42,281 nt of DNA from Promethearchaeota archaeon (GTDB lineage Archaea > Asgardarchaeota > Lokiarchaeia > Sigyniarchaeales > SOKP01): the NCBI GenBank assembly GCA_048938025.1, contig JBHLMP010000032.1, positions 1 to 42,281 on the forward strand. The letters run 5' to 3'. This document shows positions 28,647 to 40,377 of the stretch, piece by piece. Position numbers and translations under genes: made by a program. The notes under the pieces were generated by a model, which saw only the letters and a list, made by a program, of their open reading frames with translations, searched no databases and was not told where the DNA came from. Each line of letters begins with the position of its first letter. Position 1 is the first letter of the stretch.

Positions 28647-29555
28647 ATGGCAATATTTAGTTCAGATTTAGAAGCATTAATATATCTTTTAATTATTATG
28701 GCTGGTTTCTATCTAATAAATAAGTTGTATTCTTCAACATTAGGGAAAAGTAAAAAAATACCGTTGAAGCAAAAAACTATTTTAAATTTTGTTATTAAAA
28801 TTATTTCAGTAGTTACAATAATATTTTTTGTCATTGGAGGGTTTCCTTCAATGACAAAGAAAGAAAACCTAGCATACACGGCAGCACTTACTGGAGCAAT
28901 TAGCACTGCGATTGCATTTGCATCTAGCGGTATATTCGCAAATTTTATTTCAGGGATTGTTATGATGTTAGTAAGACCTTTTGAAGCTGAAGATTTGGTT
29001 AAAATTGAAGGGGATAAAGGAATTGTACGTGAAATTAATTTAACAAAAACGAAATTAGAAACATTTGATAATATTATAATTGAAAAATCTAATAGTCAAA
29101 TTCTTTCTTCAAAAATCGTTAATTACACAATTAAACTTGGCAAAAAGAAGTCTTTTGAAGATTTCAAAAGCAAAATCTTAGCCCCCCAAGATATTGGTTT
29201 TAAAGATATTTATGAAGATATTTCGAATTCTAAAAATGAATTTGAAGATAATTTAAAAAAAGCATACGAATCCTTTTCGACTAAGTACTATCCAAAGTTA
29301 TACAACTATACGTTTAGAATGGCTTTTCCTTATAAAGGATTTCGATTAATCATTAATAAAGTGGCTGAACTATGTGATTTATACAATCAAAAGAATATTT
29401 TTCGAATAAAACCTCAATTTGATATAGTAAATTATAATATAAGTATTATAGTTAAATTTCGGTTATTGACATTTACTCCTCAGAGAATTTTTGATTTTCA
29501 ACCTAAATTTGCAAAAGAGGTTTACGATATAATTTATAAATACAAGGCTATGTAA
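28647..29555 (+). CDS. MscS-family mechanosensitive channel
   Basis: AIAFASSGIFANFISGI, RPFEAEDLVKI, GIVREINL and IVNYT motifs. Confidence 0.82.
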   Translation: MAIFSSDLEALIYLLIIMAGFYLINKLYSSTLGKSKKIPLKQKTILNFVIKIISVVTIIFFVIGGFPSMTKKENLAYTAALTGAISTAIAFASSGIFANFISGIVMMLVRPFEAEDLVKIEGDKGIVREINLTKTKLETFDNIIIEKSNSQILSSKIVNYTIKLGKKKSFEDFKSKILAPQDIGFKDIYEDISNSKNEFEDNLKKAYESFSTKYYPKLYNYTFRMAFPYKGFRLIINKVAELCDLYNQKNIFRIKPQFDIVNYNISIIVKFRLLTFTPQRIFDFQPKFAKEVYDIIYKYKAM

Positions 29556-29769
29556 GACATCTTAGAATTTCTACAATTATATTCTTGTCAATATCTTCTG
29601 CAATTTGACACATTTCGGGTTTAAAACCAGGTGATTGAACATATTTCCAAGGCCAACTTTTTAAAGTTCTCACAACTCCACCACCTCCCTGTTGAAATGT
29701 ATTATTAAATAAATTAGCTAATTGTTGATCATCCCCAGATTTATAATGATGATAAATTATGTTTCCCAT
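29548..29769 (-). pseudogene. Probable N-terminal fragment of a GNAT acetyltransferase
   Basis: YKSGDDQQLANLFNNTF...RT..SWPWKY..SP...IAED...IV resembles the first elements of a GNAT fold. It stops at 73 aa, before any acetyl-CoA motif. Confidence 0.5.
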
Positions 29770-29884
29770 GTGAATCCTTATCTTAACTAATTATAATCTC
29801 AAAACTTTTAATACTTAAATATATTAAATCTAACATATAATTATAGAATTAATTATCTTAATATAATAAAATAAATTGAGTTCG

Positions 29885-30238
29885 ATGAGTGATCAAATAT
29901 CAAATATTTTAGATTCTCTTAAAGCTATAAAAGGAGTTCATGGAGCTGCTATTATAGAGAAATTTGGATTGATTAAAGGCAGTGCTTTACCGGGATGGGT
30001 AGATCCAGAAGCCGTGGCTGCAATGGTCACGCTTATCCTAAAAGCAAGTCAACGTGCTACGAAAGAATTAGAACAAGGATCCTTTAACAGTGCAATAATA
30101 GAATCTGAGAAGGGTAAAATACTTTTTAGTGAAATTAAAGGAAATATTCTTACAATAATTGCGACTGTCGATGCAAAATTAGGTATAATTAATTTAAAAT
30201 TAGCTGCTGCTGCTGAGAAACTAAGCAGTTTAATTTAG
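29885..30238 (+). CDS. Roadblock/LC7 domain protein
   Basis: IKGVHGAAII..FGLIKGSALP, AVAAM, ELEQG...IIESEKGKI and DAKLGII motifs. Alternative TTG start at 29876. Confidence 0.88.
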   Translation: MSDQISNILDSLKAIKGVHGAAIIEKFGLIKGSALPGWVDPEAVAAMVTLILKASQRATKELEQGSFNSAIIESEKGKILFSEIKGNILTIIATVDAKLGIINLKLAAAAEKLSSLI

Positions 30239-30263
30239 TATATAATAAAATTTTTTCTCTTTT

Positions 30264-31727
30264 TTAATCGATAATCCTCAATTCTCTTAAAATTTTGAGC
30301 ATTATCTGTCTTGTTATATTAGGATCCGCTTGCCCTTTGGTTTTTCCCATAACTCTCCCAATTAAAGCTTCTATTGCTTTGGAATTTTGGCGACAATCTT
30401 CTACAATCTTAGGATTTTCATCAATCACTTCTCGGGAAAATTTTTCAAGGATATTCTCTTCTGAAATTCGTTTTTTACCCTTATCCTTAACCATTTTTGA
30501 GATAGAGTTTCCTTTCATCATATCAGCTATGAAAGTTTTTGCGATTTTAGTAGTAATGTTTCCCTTTTTAATATTTGAAATTAAATCTATAACATAACTT
30601 GGTTTTAGTTTAGTTTCATCAATTTTTTTGTTATTTTCATTCAACCAACCAACAATATTATTCATGAGCCAATTGCAATACAATTTATATTCATCAGGAC
30701 CAAATGTTGGGTCTTTATTAACTCCGTTTTCATAAAAATCAGCTACACTTTTATCTAAGATTAGATTTTCAGCGTCAAATTCAGATAACATATATTGTTT
30801 TTGAAGACGTAAAACCCTTTCATACGGCATTTCTGGTAACTTTTCTTTTATTTCATTGATGATTTCCTTGTTTAATACAATAGGAACTAAGTCCTGTTCT
30901 GGAAAATATCTATAATCTTTTTCAAACTCTTTTGTTCTCAAGGGTATAGTAACTCTTCCATCCCAATGTCTTGTTTCTTGCATAATCTCTTTTCCTTTTT
31001 TTATTTCATGTTTTTGCCTTGTTATTTCATACATTAAGGCACTTTCAACTTCTTTAAAACTAGTAATATTTTTCACTTCTGTTCTGGGATGTCCCTTGAT
31101 TGAAATGTTCGCATCTACTCTCAAAGTACCCTCTAAACTTAAATCTGAAATTTCAGTATACTGCACAATCAGTTTAAGCTGATTTAGGAACTCTCTTGCT
31201 TCTGCTGGTGAACTCAGGACTGGTTCTGTTACTATCTCAATTAAAGTAATCCCTGAACGATTATAGTCCACTAAAGTATAGGGTGATATTCTAATATTTC
31301 CCTTATGAACCAATCTTGCCGGATCCTCTTCAAGATGTATTCGATTTAAAAGGATCTCTTTCTTAGAGGAGTTTATTTTTATCATAACTTTCCCACCATC
31401 AGCAAAAGCTTTACCTCCTGCCTTATTATACTGGCTAATCTGGTATCCCTTCGGTAGGTCAACGTAAAAATAATTCTTTCTAAAGAACCAAAATTTAGAA
31501 TTTATTTTGCAGTTTAAAGCTAAAGCTAATCTAGTAGCAAATTCTATAGATTTTTTATTCATTACCGGAAGTGAACCAGGTAATCCGAGACAAATAGGGC
31601 ATACGTGTGTATTCGGTTCTGCACTACGATAATCACTATTACAACTACAGAATAATTTTGTTTTTAAATTTGCAAGTTGAATATGAACTTCTAATCCGAT
31701 AATAACATCTTGAGGAGTATCGTTCAG
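30264..31727 (-). CDS. gatB: Asp/Glu-tRNA amidotransferase subunit B
   Basis: The frame stays open upstream of the ORF-track start and encodes IIGLEVHIQL...TKLFC...CPICLGLPGSLPV. Also RKNYFYVDLPKGYQISQ and DYRYFPEQDL. The start is inferred at CTG 31727. Confidence 0.93.
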   Translation of the reverse strand: MNDTPQDVIIGLEVHIQLANLKTKLFCSCNSDYRSAEPNTHVCPICLGLPGSLPVMNKKSIEFATRLALALNCKINSKFWFFRKNYFYVDLPKGYQISQYNKAGGKAFADGGKVMIKINSSKKEILLNRIHLEEDPARLVHKGNIRISPYTLVDYNRSGITLIEIVTEPVLSSPAEAREFLNQLKLIVQYTEISDLSLEGTLRVDANISIKGHPRTEVKNITSFKEVESALMYEITRQKHEIKKGKEIMQETRHWDGRVTIPLRTKEFEKDYRYFPEQDLVPIVLNKEIINEIKEKLPEMPYERVLRLQKQYMLSEFDAENLILDKSVADFYENGVNKDPTFGPDEYKLYCNWLMNNIVGWLNENNKKIDETKLKPSYVIDLISNIKKGNITTKIAKTFIADMMKGNSISKMVKDKGKKRISEENILEKFSREVIDENPKIVEDCRQNSKAIEALIGRVMGKTKGQADPNITRQIMLKILRELRIID

Positions 31728-31728
31728 T

Positions 31729-33210
31729 TTATTTACCTCTAATTGTTAATGGGGGAATTTTACGATATATATTTAACTCTTGTTCAAGTTTATAACCAAT
31801 ATTTAAAATTGTCTTTTCATCAAAATAATTTCCAATGATTTGAAACCCAATAGGAAGTCCCTTATTATCATAACCGCAAGGAATGGAGAGCCCTGGTAAT
31901 CCTGCGAGATTTACAGGACATGTTAAGACATCCATTAAATACATTTGCAATGGATCATTAACTAATTCTCCTATTTTAAATGCTGTAGTTGGCATTGTTG
32001 GACATACTATCGCATCACACTGTTCAAAAGCGTTTTGGAAATCCTTCTTAATTAGAGTCCTTACTTTCAATGCTTTAATATAAAACATATCGTAATATCC
32101 CGCTGATAATGTATAAGTACCAAGGATAATTCGCCTTCTTACTTCTGATCCAAATCTCTCACCACGTGTTCTACTAAATACTTCATATACATCTCCTTTT
32201 AAATCATCACTCATCTTTCCATATCTTAATCCATCATATCGTTCTAAATTTGAACTAGCCTCGCTCATTGCTATTAAATAATACGTAGGAATTGTATATT
32301 CTAAGTGAGGGAACGAAAGATCCACTACATTTGCTCCTAAGCCCTCTAACTTATTTATCGATTTTTTTACTTTTTCTTTAACATCTTTCTGTAAACCCTC
32401 TCCAAAAAATTCCTTCGGGATACCAAGAGTCTTTTTTTCTATAGATCTATTTAGTTCTTTTGTATATTCATCAATTCCTATATCTACGGTTGTTGAATCT
32501 AAAGGATCATACTTTGCGATTATTTCGAGTATTAATGCTACATCAAATACACATCGCCCTAATGGGCCAATTTGATCTAAGGAGTTTGCATAAGAGACTA
32601 ATCCATATCTGGAGACCCTTCCATAGGTGGGTTTTATACCAACAATTCCACAATATGCGGCAGGACACCTGATACTACCACCAGTATCGCTTCCTAAGGA
32701 AACAGGCGTCTGTCCTGATGCGACACACGTACTAGAACCTCCACTGGAACCTCCCGGAACTCTCTCTAAATCCCATGGGTTATAGGATGGCCCATAACTG
32801 CTATTTTCTGTTGAAGAACCCATTGCAAATTCATCCATATTTGTACGCCCTATAGAAATAGCTCCTTCTCTTTCAATTAAATACTCTATGACCGTTGCAT
32901 TGAAAGGAGGTCGATACCCTTCTAATATCTTAGAACCACATGTGGTAGGACTGTCTTTAATACATATATTATCCTTAACTGCAATTGGTAATCCATAAAC
33001 TTTTCCAGTGGTTTTACCATCCCTTAATTGAGCATCTAATTCTTTAGCTCTTTTTATTGCTTTATCTTTTGATAAATGCACAAAAGAATGTAATAATTCC
33101 TCAGTTTCTTCAATTCTCGCATAAGTGTTTTGGATGATCTCTTGAATTGTAATTTCTTTGTTTTTTATTTTTTTGATTAATTCAAATCCCATAAAATTAT
33201 AGAGTTCCAT
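31729..33210 (-). CDS. gatA: Asp/Glu-tRNA amidotransferase subunit A
   Basis: AVKDNI, TNMDEFAMGSS, PGGSSGGS, GSDTGGSIRCPA, RYDGLRYG and EVRRRIILGT motifs. Confidence 0.96.
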   Translation of the reverse strand: MELYNFMGFELIKKIKNKEITIQEIIQNTYARIEETEELLHSFVHLSKDKAIKRAKELDAQLRDGKTTGKVYGLPIAVKDNICIKDSPTTCGSKILEGYRPPFNATVIEYLIEREGAISIGRTNMDEFAMGSSTENSSYGPSYNPWDLERVPGGSSGGSSTCVASGQTPVSLGSDTGGSIRCPAAYCGIVGIKPTYGRVSRYGLVSYANSLDQIGPLGRCVFDVALILEIIAKYDPLDSTTVDIGIDEYTKELNRSIEKKTLGIPKEFFGEGLQKDVKEKVKKSINKLEGLGANVVDLSFPHLEYTIPTYYLIAMSEASSNLERYDGLRYGKMSDDLKGDVYEVFSRTRGERFGSEVRRRIILGTYTLSAGYYDMFYIKALKVRTLIKKDFQNAFEQCDAIVCPTMPTTAFKIGELVNDPLQMYLMDVLTCPVNLAGLPGLSIPCGYDNKGLPIGFQIIGNYFDEKTILNIGYKLEQELNIYRKIPPLTIRGK

Positions 33211-33324
33211 TTATAACAAACTACACCTCTGAATAAATTAGGATTAGTTTAGCTTAAATAACTTATCTATGATAATTGTATATTTCTAAAAAATATGATA
33301 GATTTCTTCTTTATTAAATTCTTA

Positions 33325-34626
33325 TTAAGGTGCTTTTCTTACCATAGTCCTAGGGAATGGTATGGCATCTTTAATATTTTCCAATCCACAAATCCACATA
33401 ACAACTCGTTCTACACCCACACCATACCCTGAATGAGGAACGCTTCCATACTTTCTTAAATCAAAATACCAATCATAATTGCTTGGATCTTCACCATCTG
33501 CTTTCAATCTGTTTATCATATTTTCAACTAATAGACTTCTTTCAGATCCACCAACTATTTCACAGTATCCCTCAGGGGCTAACATATCAAAACATAATGC
33601 TTCTTTAGGATTTTCTTTACTTGGTGGTTTATAAAAACCCATAATTTCGGTAGGATAGTGTGTAACAACAACAGGAACTTTAAAATGTTCAGCTATTTTT
33701 GCCTCTTCAATAGTTCTTAAGTCCTTACCCCAAGGTACGTTCATATTGTATTTGTTATTTAAGAGATCTATAGCTTCCGCGTATTTAATAGTGGGATATT
33801 CTGCTTTCGCATAATGCTCTATTAATTTAATATCTCTTTCCAATATTTCAAGTTCCTTTCGATTATGTTTCAAAACTTGTTGAACAATAAACCTGATTTC
33901 ATCTTTTGCAACTTCAGTAACTTCTTCTAGTTTCATCCAAGCAACCTCCATTTCAGCCATCCAGAACTCTGCTAAGTGTCTAGAGGTTTTTGATCTTTCT
34001 GCTCGAAATGTTGGGCTCATATTGTAAATCTTTCCTAAAGAAAAGATAGCTGCTTCAGCATATAACTGCCAAGTTTGGCTTAGATAAGTCTTATCTTCAA
34101 AATATTTAACTTCGAATAAAGTAGCTCCACCTTCAGACTGACTTGGTTGGAAAATAGGTGCATCAAATTCATAGTATCCATGACTTCTAAAAAATTCATG
34201 AATTGCGCCAACAATAGTGTGCCTAATTTTTAAAACAGCATTTAATTTCCTTGATCGTAACCATAAATGCCTATTATCATATAAAAGTTCAGGAGACTGG
34301 TGTTCAGTTATTGGAAATGGTTCAGCAATTTGCACAATTTCTAAATCCGATACAGAAACTTCATAACCAGTAGGAGCTCTCTCATCTTTTTTTAACTCTC
34401 CTGAGACTTTTACTGAAGATTCAATAGTTAAATTTTCAGCTTTTTCAAAAATAATTGGATTTTTAGCTTTAGAAATAACACATTGAATAATATCGGATTC
34501 ATCTCTTAAAACAATGAATACAAATTTATTCGATTTCCTTTCTCGATAAACCCAACCTCTTAAATTTACTATAGTAGAACCTTCTTGAATAGCTTCAGCA
34601 ATTGTCGTATATATTGATTCTTTCAT
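33325..34626 (-). CDS. asnS: Asparaginyl-tRNA synthetase (archaeal type)
   Basis: LRGWV, HLWLRS, FRAERSKTSRHLAEFWMAE, EIVGGSER and RKYGSVPHSGYGVGVER. These match AsnRS rather than AspRS patterns. Confidence 0.88.
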   Translation of the reverse strand: MKESIYTTIAEAIQEGSTIVNLRGWVYRERKSNKFVFIVLRDESDIIQCVISKAKNPIIFEKAENLTIESSVKVSGELKKDERAPTGYEVSVSDLEIVQIAEPFPITEHQSPELLYDNRHLWLRSRKLNAVLKIRHTIVGAIHEFFRSHGYYEFDAPIFQPSQSEGGATLFEVKYFEDKTYLSQTWQLYAEAAIFSLGKIYNMSPTFRAERSKTSRHLAEFWMAEMEVAWMKLEEVTEVAKDEIRFIVQQVLKHNRKELEILERDIKLIEHYAKAEYPTIKYAEAIDLLNNKYNMNVPWGKDLRTIEEAKIAEHFKVPVVVTHYPTEIMGFYKPPSKENPKEALCFDMLAPEGYCEIVGGSERSLLVENMINRLKADGEDPSNYDWYFDLRKYGSVPHSGYGVGVERVVMWICGLENIKDAIPFPRTMVRKAP

Positions 34627-34739
34627 AATAATACCAACTTCTGACTAAGTGATATTGCATTATATTTTTAAAGATTATATCTATTCAAATAAGAGATTTC
34701 TAAAAAGTTTGACTGAATTAATAAATATTATAGACTTAA

Positions 34740-35360
34740 TTATAATGGATTTTTTCTTAACATTGACCAATTTATAACATTAGTTCCAGGGATTTGATAT
34801 TTTTTCAATACCTTGAAACCAAAATGTTGATATAGTGCTACATTCTTTTCAATGTTAGTATCGAGATAACATTGTAATTGCTCTTTATCTATCCGAGCAA
34901 GCATAGGTTTAATCAAGCTGCTTGCACATCCTTTCCCTTGAAAATTTGGGTGAACACCCATGATAAAGAAATACCAGTGAAGTGAAGGTACAAGTTCATA
35001 TTGGGTTGAAATTATATAATCATAAATAGAATATATTTTTTCCACTGATTCACTTAAAGCAACTGCTAATCTAAAAGAAAGCCAATTTGCAAATAATCTT
35101 TTCAATCTATCTTTTTGCTCTTCTACTGGATCTATTAATCGCCATAGGGCAATTCCCTCTAAGTTAGGTGATGTAGTATAAACTTTACCATATCTCAAAC
35201 AATATCGAATGGCAAATTTCATTAAATGATAATTTTGCTTAATTATTTTAATAGGGTCTGGGAAGTAGGCAATGTGTAATGGATCGTTTTCAAAAGCTTT
35301 AGCAAGTATTTTAGCTGCGGGTTCAACTTGAATTCTTTTTAACCGAAAGAGATTATTCAT
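34740..35360 (-). CDS. GNAT family N-acetyltransferase
   Basis: LAKAFENDP, HWYFFIMGVHPNFQGKG, CYLDT and NVALYQHFGF motifs. Confidence 0.9.
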   Translation of the reverse strand: MNNLFRLKRIQVEPAAKILAKAFENDPLHIAYFPDPIKIIKQNYHLMKFAIRYCLRYGKVYTTSPNLEGIALWRLIDPVEEQKDRLKRLFANWLSFRLAVALSESVEKIYSIYDYIISTQYELVPSLHWYFFIMGVHPNFQGKGCASSLIKPMLARIDKEQLQCYLDTNIEKNVALYQHFGFKVLKKYQIPGTNVINWSMLRKNPL

Positions 35361-35402
35361 TTTTTATCACAATTAAACTGGGTTTTTATTGATATCTAAA
35401 AT

Positions 35403-36188
35403 CTAATCTTCTTCTTGTTTTTTAAGAAGATATTTTGAAAAGATATTCATATAAAGACATTCTTCTGGTGCCATTTCTGGAGTTGTTTTTGGACTGTCAG
35501 TAAATTCAACATTACTCCCCCTAATTATTACAATTGGAGTCTGCCTATCAGCTTCACTCATAAGAAATTGAGCCGCACTTGTAAGATCATCTGCAATTGC
35601 TCTCATAGTAATCTCTAAGGGTCTACTAAAGAGATCTGGTTGACCACGTAGATCTTCAATTGGTTCAAATCCAGCTGTAGCGATTGCAATACCAATCGTA
35701 CCTTTCCTAAGTGGTTGTACTCGCGAATCAGATATGATAACTCCTAAGTTCTGTAAGTTAAATTCTTTTCTTAGTTCTTTCCAGAAGTCCCAAACTACTT
35801 TATTAAGCTTTTCTGGGAGAAGAACAACACTGTTAGGACCTGCATTAGATTGATCAATTCCGGCATTAGCTATTAAGAATTCATTAACTTTTGCCAATAT
35901 AACATGCCTCATCCCACCCAATATCATTGAGGCTTCTCGAAGGATTAATTCCACATACTTTTCATCCATATCATACTTTTTAGCATAATTTTTTGCTTTC
36001 TCTGATATCGTTTTTACTTCAGATAATTTTACTACTCGTCCTTGAGATGTTGCGATAACTTTTTCAGCAATAACGATTATATCTCCATCCTCTAACAATT
36101 TCCCAGATTTTTTAATATTGGTTATTATAATCTCTAATAGTGGAGAATTCTCTTTAATAAGAGGAAGTTTAATTGAAAACAATTCCAT
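35403..36188 (-). CDS. cofE: Coenzyme F420-0:L-glutamate ligase family protein
   Basis: DGDIIVIAEKVIATSQGR, ANAGIDQSN, GVIISDS, DLRGQPDLFSRPL, AIADDL and PIVIIRG motifs. ATG at 36188. Confidence 0.85.
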   Translation of the reverse strand: MELFSIKLPLIKENSPLLEIIITNIKKSGKLLEDGDIIVIAEKVIATSQGRVVKLSEVKTISEKAKNYAKKYDMDEKYVELILREASMILGGMRHVILAKVNEFLIANAGIDQSNAGPNSVVLLPEKLNKVVWDFWKELRKEFNLQNLGVIISDSRVQPLRKGTIGIAIATAGFEPIEDLRGQPDLFSRPLEITMRAIADDLTSAAQFLMSEADRQTPIVIIRGSNVEFTDSPKTTPEMAPEECLYMNIFSKYLLKKQEED

Positions 36189-36285
36189 AGTGGGTAAAAA
36201 AATTAAACTTATTTTAAATCTATTTTTGTCTTTACAATTACAGAGACAAATTAAAACTTTTTTTGGTTGGTAAACGATAAAGGAA

Positions 36286-36798
36286 TCATTTAAAAGATAT
36301 TTCAAAAATACATTTATTATCCGCATTTGGTCTGTTCTTAATAGATTTTACGTTTATCCTAGGATCAATCTTTTTAAAATAATGAGTGTGAATTCTAATA
36401 CAACCATGGATACATGACACTTTTGCTGGTTTTCCATTTTTAGATAAATAATCATCCAAATCCATTTGAATCATAGAATTCCAATTCGGACAGACTTTAT
36501 ATTCCCATCTTAATGATTTTGGAGTTTGTTCGATATTTTTAGGAACATAACCATTAATTTTACTCACTTCGCTAAGTACTTGTCTTGCTTTTTCAATATT
36601 GTTTCCATCAGGTTCAATCAATTGATATAGTAAATCCACAGCTGGAGGCATTAACGCATCCCACATTTCCATTTCTACTTCAAGGATGCTTTCTGGTCCT
36701 AATTTTTTATATGCATACCAAGACCAACCATTAGAAATATTATAAAGCATTTGGAGCCTTATAATATCGATCATTTTTTCTGGTAATTCTTTTCCCAT
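36286..36798 (-). CDS. Hypothetical protein, V4R/ATC-hydrolase-like Cys pattern
   Basis: Helical N-terminal half, then VCP...SC..GC...KCIFEI. Confidence 0.5.
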   Translation of the reverse strand: MGKELPEKMIDIIRLQMLYNISNGWSWYAYKKLGPESILEVEMEMWDALMPPAVDLLYQLIEPDGNNIEKARQVLSEVSKINGYVPKNIEQTPKSLRWEYKVCPNWNSMIQMDLDDYLSKNGKPAKVSCIHGCIRIHTHYFKKIDPRINVKSIKNRPNADNKCIFEISFK

Positions 36799-36907
36799 AT
36801 ATTATCCCAATTACTATTTTGTTAATATAAGTTCTAATCTTTAAAATACTAATTTTTATTTTGAATTAAACTTATTTGATATACTTTTTTTCTTTTCTTG
36901 ATCGAGA

Positions 36908-37771
36908 ATGAAAAAAATCTATTCAAGACTTTATGATTTCTTAGAAATTGGAGATGATTTTCCTACTGCTATAATGGGAGTTTTAAATTTAAGTCCAGAA
37001 TCGTTTTACAAAGGTTCAGTTTATTCTGATGCTAAGTCTTTAGAGGAGGCAACCTTAGAAATGATAACGAACGGTGCAAAAATGCTTGATTTAGGGGCTC
37101 GGTCTACTGCTCCTTGGTCAGAAAAAATTACAATCGAAGAAGAGGTTAATCGGTTAACCCCTGCCATGGAATTAGTTTGTAAAATAATTCCTGAAGATAT
37201 AATAATATCAGTTGATACGCAATATAGTAATGTTGCTCAAATTGCTTATGATATCTCTCTTAAATCAAAAAGAAAAATAATAATCAACGATGTAAGCTGT
37301 TTAAAAACGGATCCATCTTTACAAGAATTCATTATTGAGAATAATCTTCCTGTAATTTTGATGGCTTCGAAAAAAATTCCTGGAGATTTATGTACCATTG
37401 AAGAAATAATTAAGGAATTTGAAAAAACTATAAAAAAACTTAAAAACAATGGATTTGATGAAAATAATATTGTATTAGATCCTGGAATTGGAAAATGGAT
37501 TGAAAAGAAAGTATATACATATGATCTACGAATAATTGGAAATTTGAATAGGCTTAGAATCCTTAACAAACCAATTTTAGTAGCAATTTCAAGGAAATCT
37601 TTTATTGGAACAACATTAAATATTCCTGATCCTGAAAATCGATTAAATGGAACTCTTTCTTCAACTGCAATTGCAGTGTTTAATGGGGTACATATCGTTC
37701 GAACCCATGATGTAAATAACCAACTTCTAGAAATCGTAAAAATAGCTGAAGAAGTTAGGAAAAATAAATAA
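36908..37771 (+). CDS. folP: Dihydropteroate synthase
   Basis: IMGVLNLSPESF, DLGARSTAP, ISVDT, INDVS, LDPGIG, SRKSFIG and IVRTHDV motifs. Confidence 0.92.
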   Translation: MKKIYSRLYDFLEIGDDFPTAIMGVLNLSPESFYKGSVYSDAKSLEEATLEMITNGAKMLDLGARSTAPWSEKITIEEEVNRLTPAMELVCKIIPEDIIISVDTQYSNVAQIAYDISLKSKRKIIINDVSCLKTDPSLQEFIIENNLPVILMASKKIPGDLCTIEEIIKEFEKTIKKLKNNGFDENNIVLDPGIGKWIEKKVYTYDLRIIGNLNRLRILNKPILVAISRKSFIGTTLNIPDPENRLNGTLSSTAIAVFNGVHIVRTHDVNNQLLEIVKIAEEVRKNK

Positions 37772-37984
37772 TAATCAACAATTTTAACAAACTTCCATAA
37801 TCAATTCTCATTATTTAAGTAGTTATGATTTTAGGAATTAAAAATTAAATGCAAGAGTGGAGCTAAAATTTGAAAAGAGATAGCTTAATTTTTTCCATCT
37901 TGTGGTGGATCTTTTAGTGTAAGCTCTCATTAAGATTTATAAGAGAAGTTAAAGTTTAAATTATTTTGAGCAATTAGCTATAGG

Positions 37985-38018
37985 ATTTTTGAAAGATAAC
38001 GTCATTTTTGAAAGATAA
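37985..38018. repeat. 15-bp direct repeat ATTTTTGAAAGATAA x2 (19-bp period)
   Basis: Identical copies at 37985-37999 and 38004-38018 in the folP-gyrB intergenic region. Confidence 0.7.
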
Positions 38019-38232
38019 TGCTCCAGACTTTTCATTTTTTCAATTTATCTTAAAGTTAAATATTTCCCTCAGAAGCGCGTGATCTCTAAGAACTAGAGCT
38101 GAATTAAATATTTCTTAATCTTTAAAACTAATATTTTGAATAAACGTCAAGATTTTGGACCGAATTTTTATTTTATCCGACGAAAAACTGTGCTTATATT
38201 TAAATTTTAGTAATACTATATATTATATGTAA

Positions 38233-40341
<2,109 letters not shown>

Positions 40342-40377
40342 AACTACTTATTTAAAAATATAGAAAAGGGGTCATAA

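Noticed and set aside
36189-36326. 46-aa N-terminal extension of cofE in the ORF track
   Set aside because: It overlaps the upstream gene and looks like intergenic sequence; CofE similarity begins at ATG 36188.
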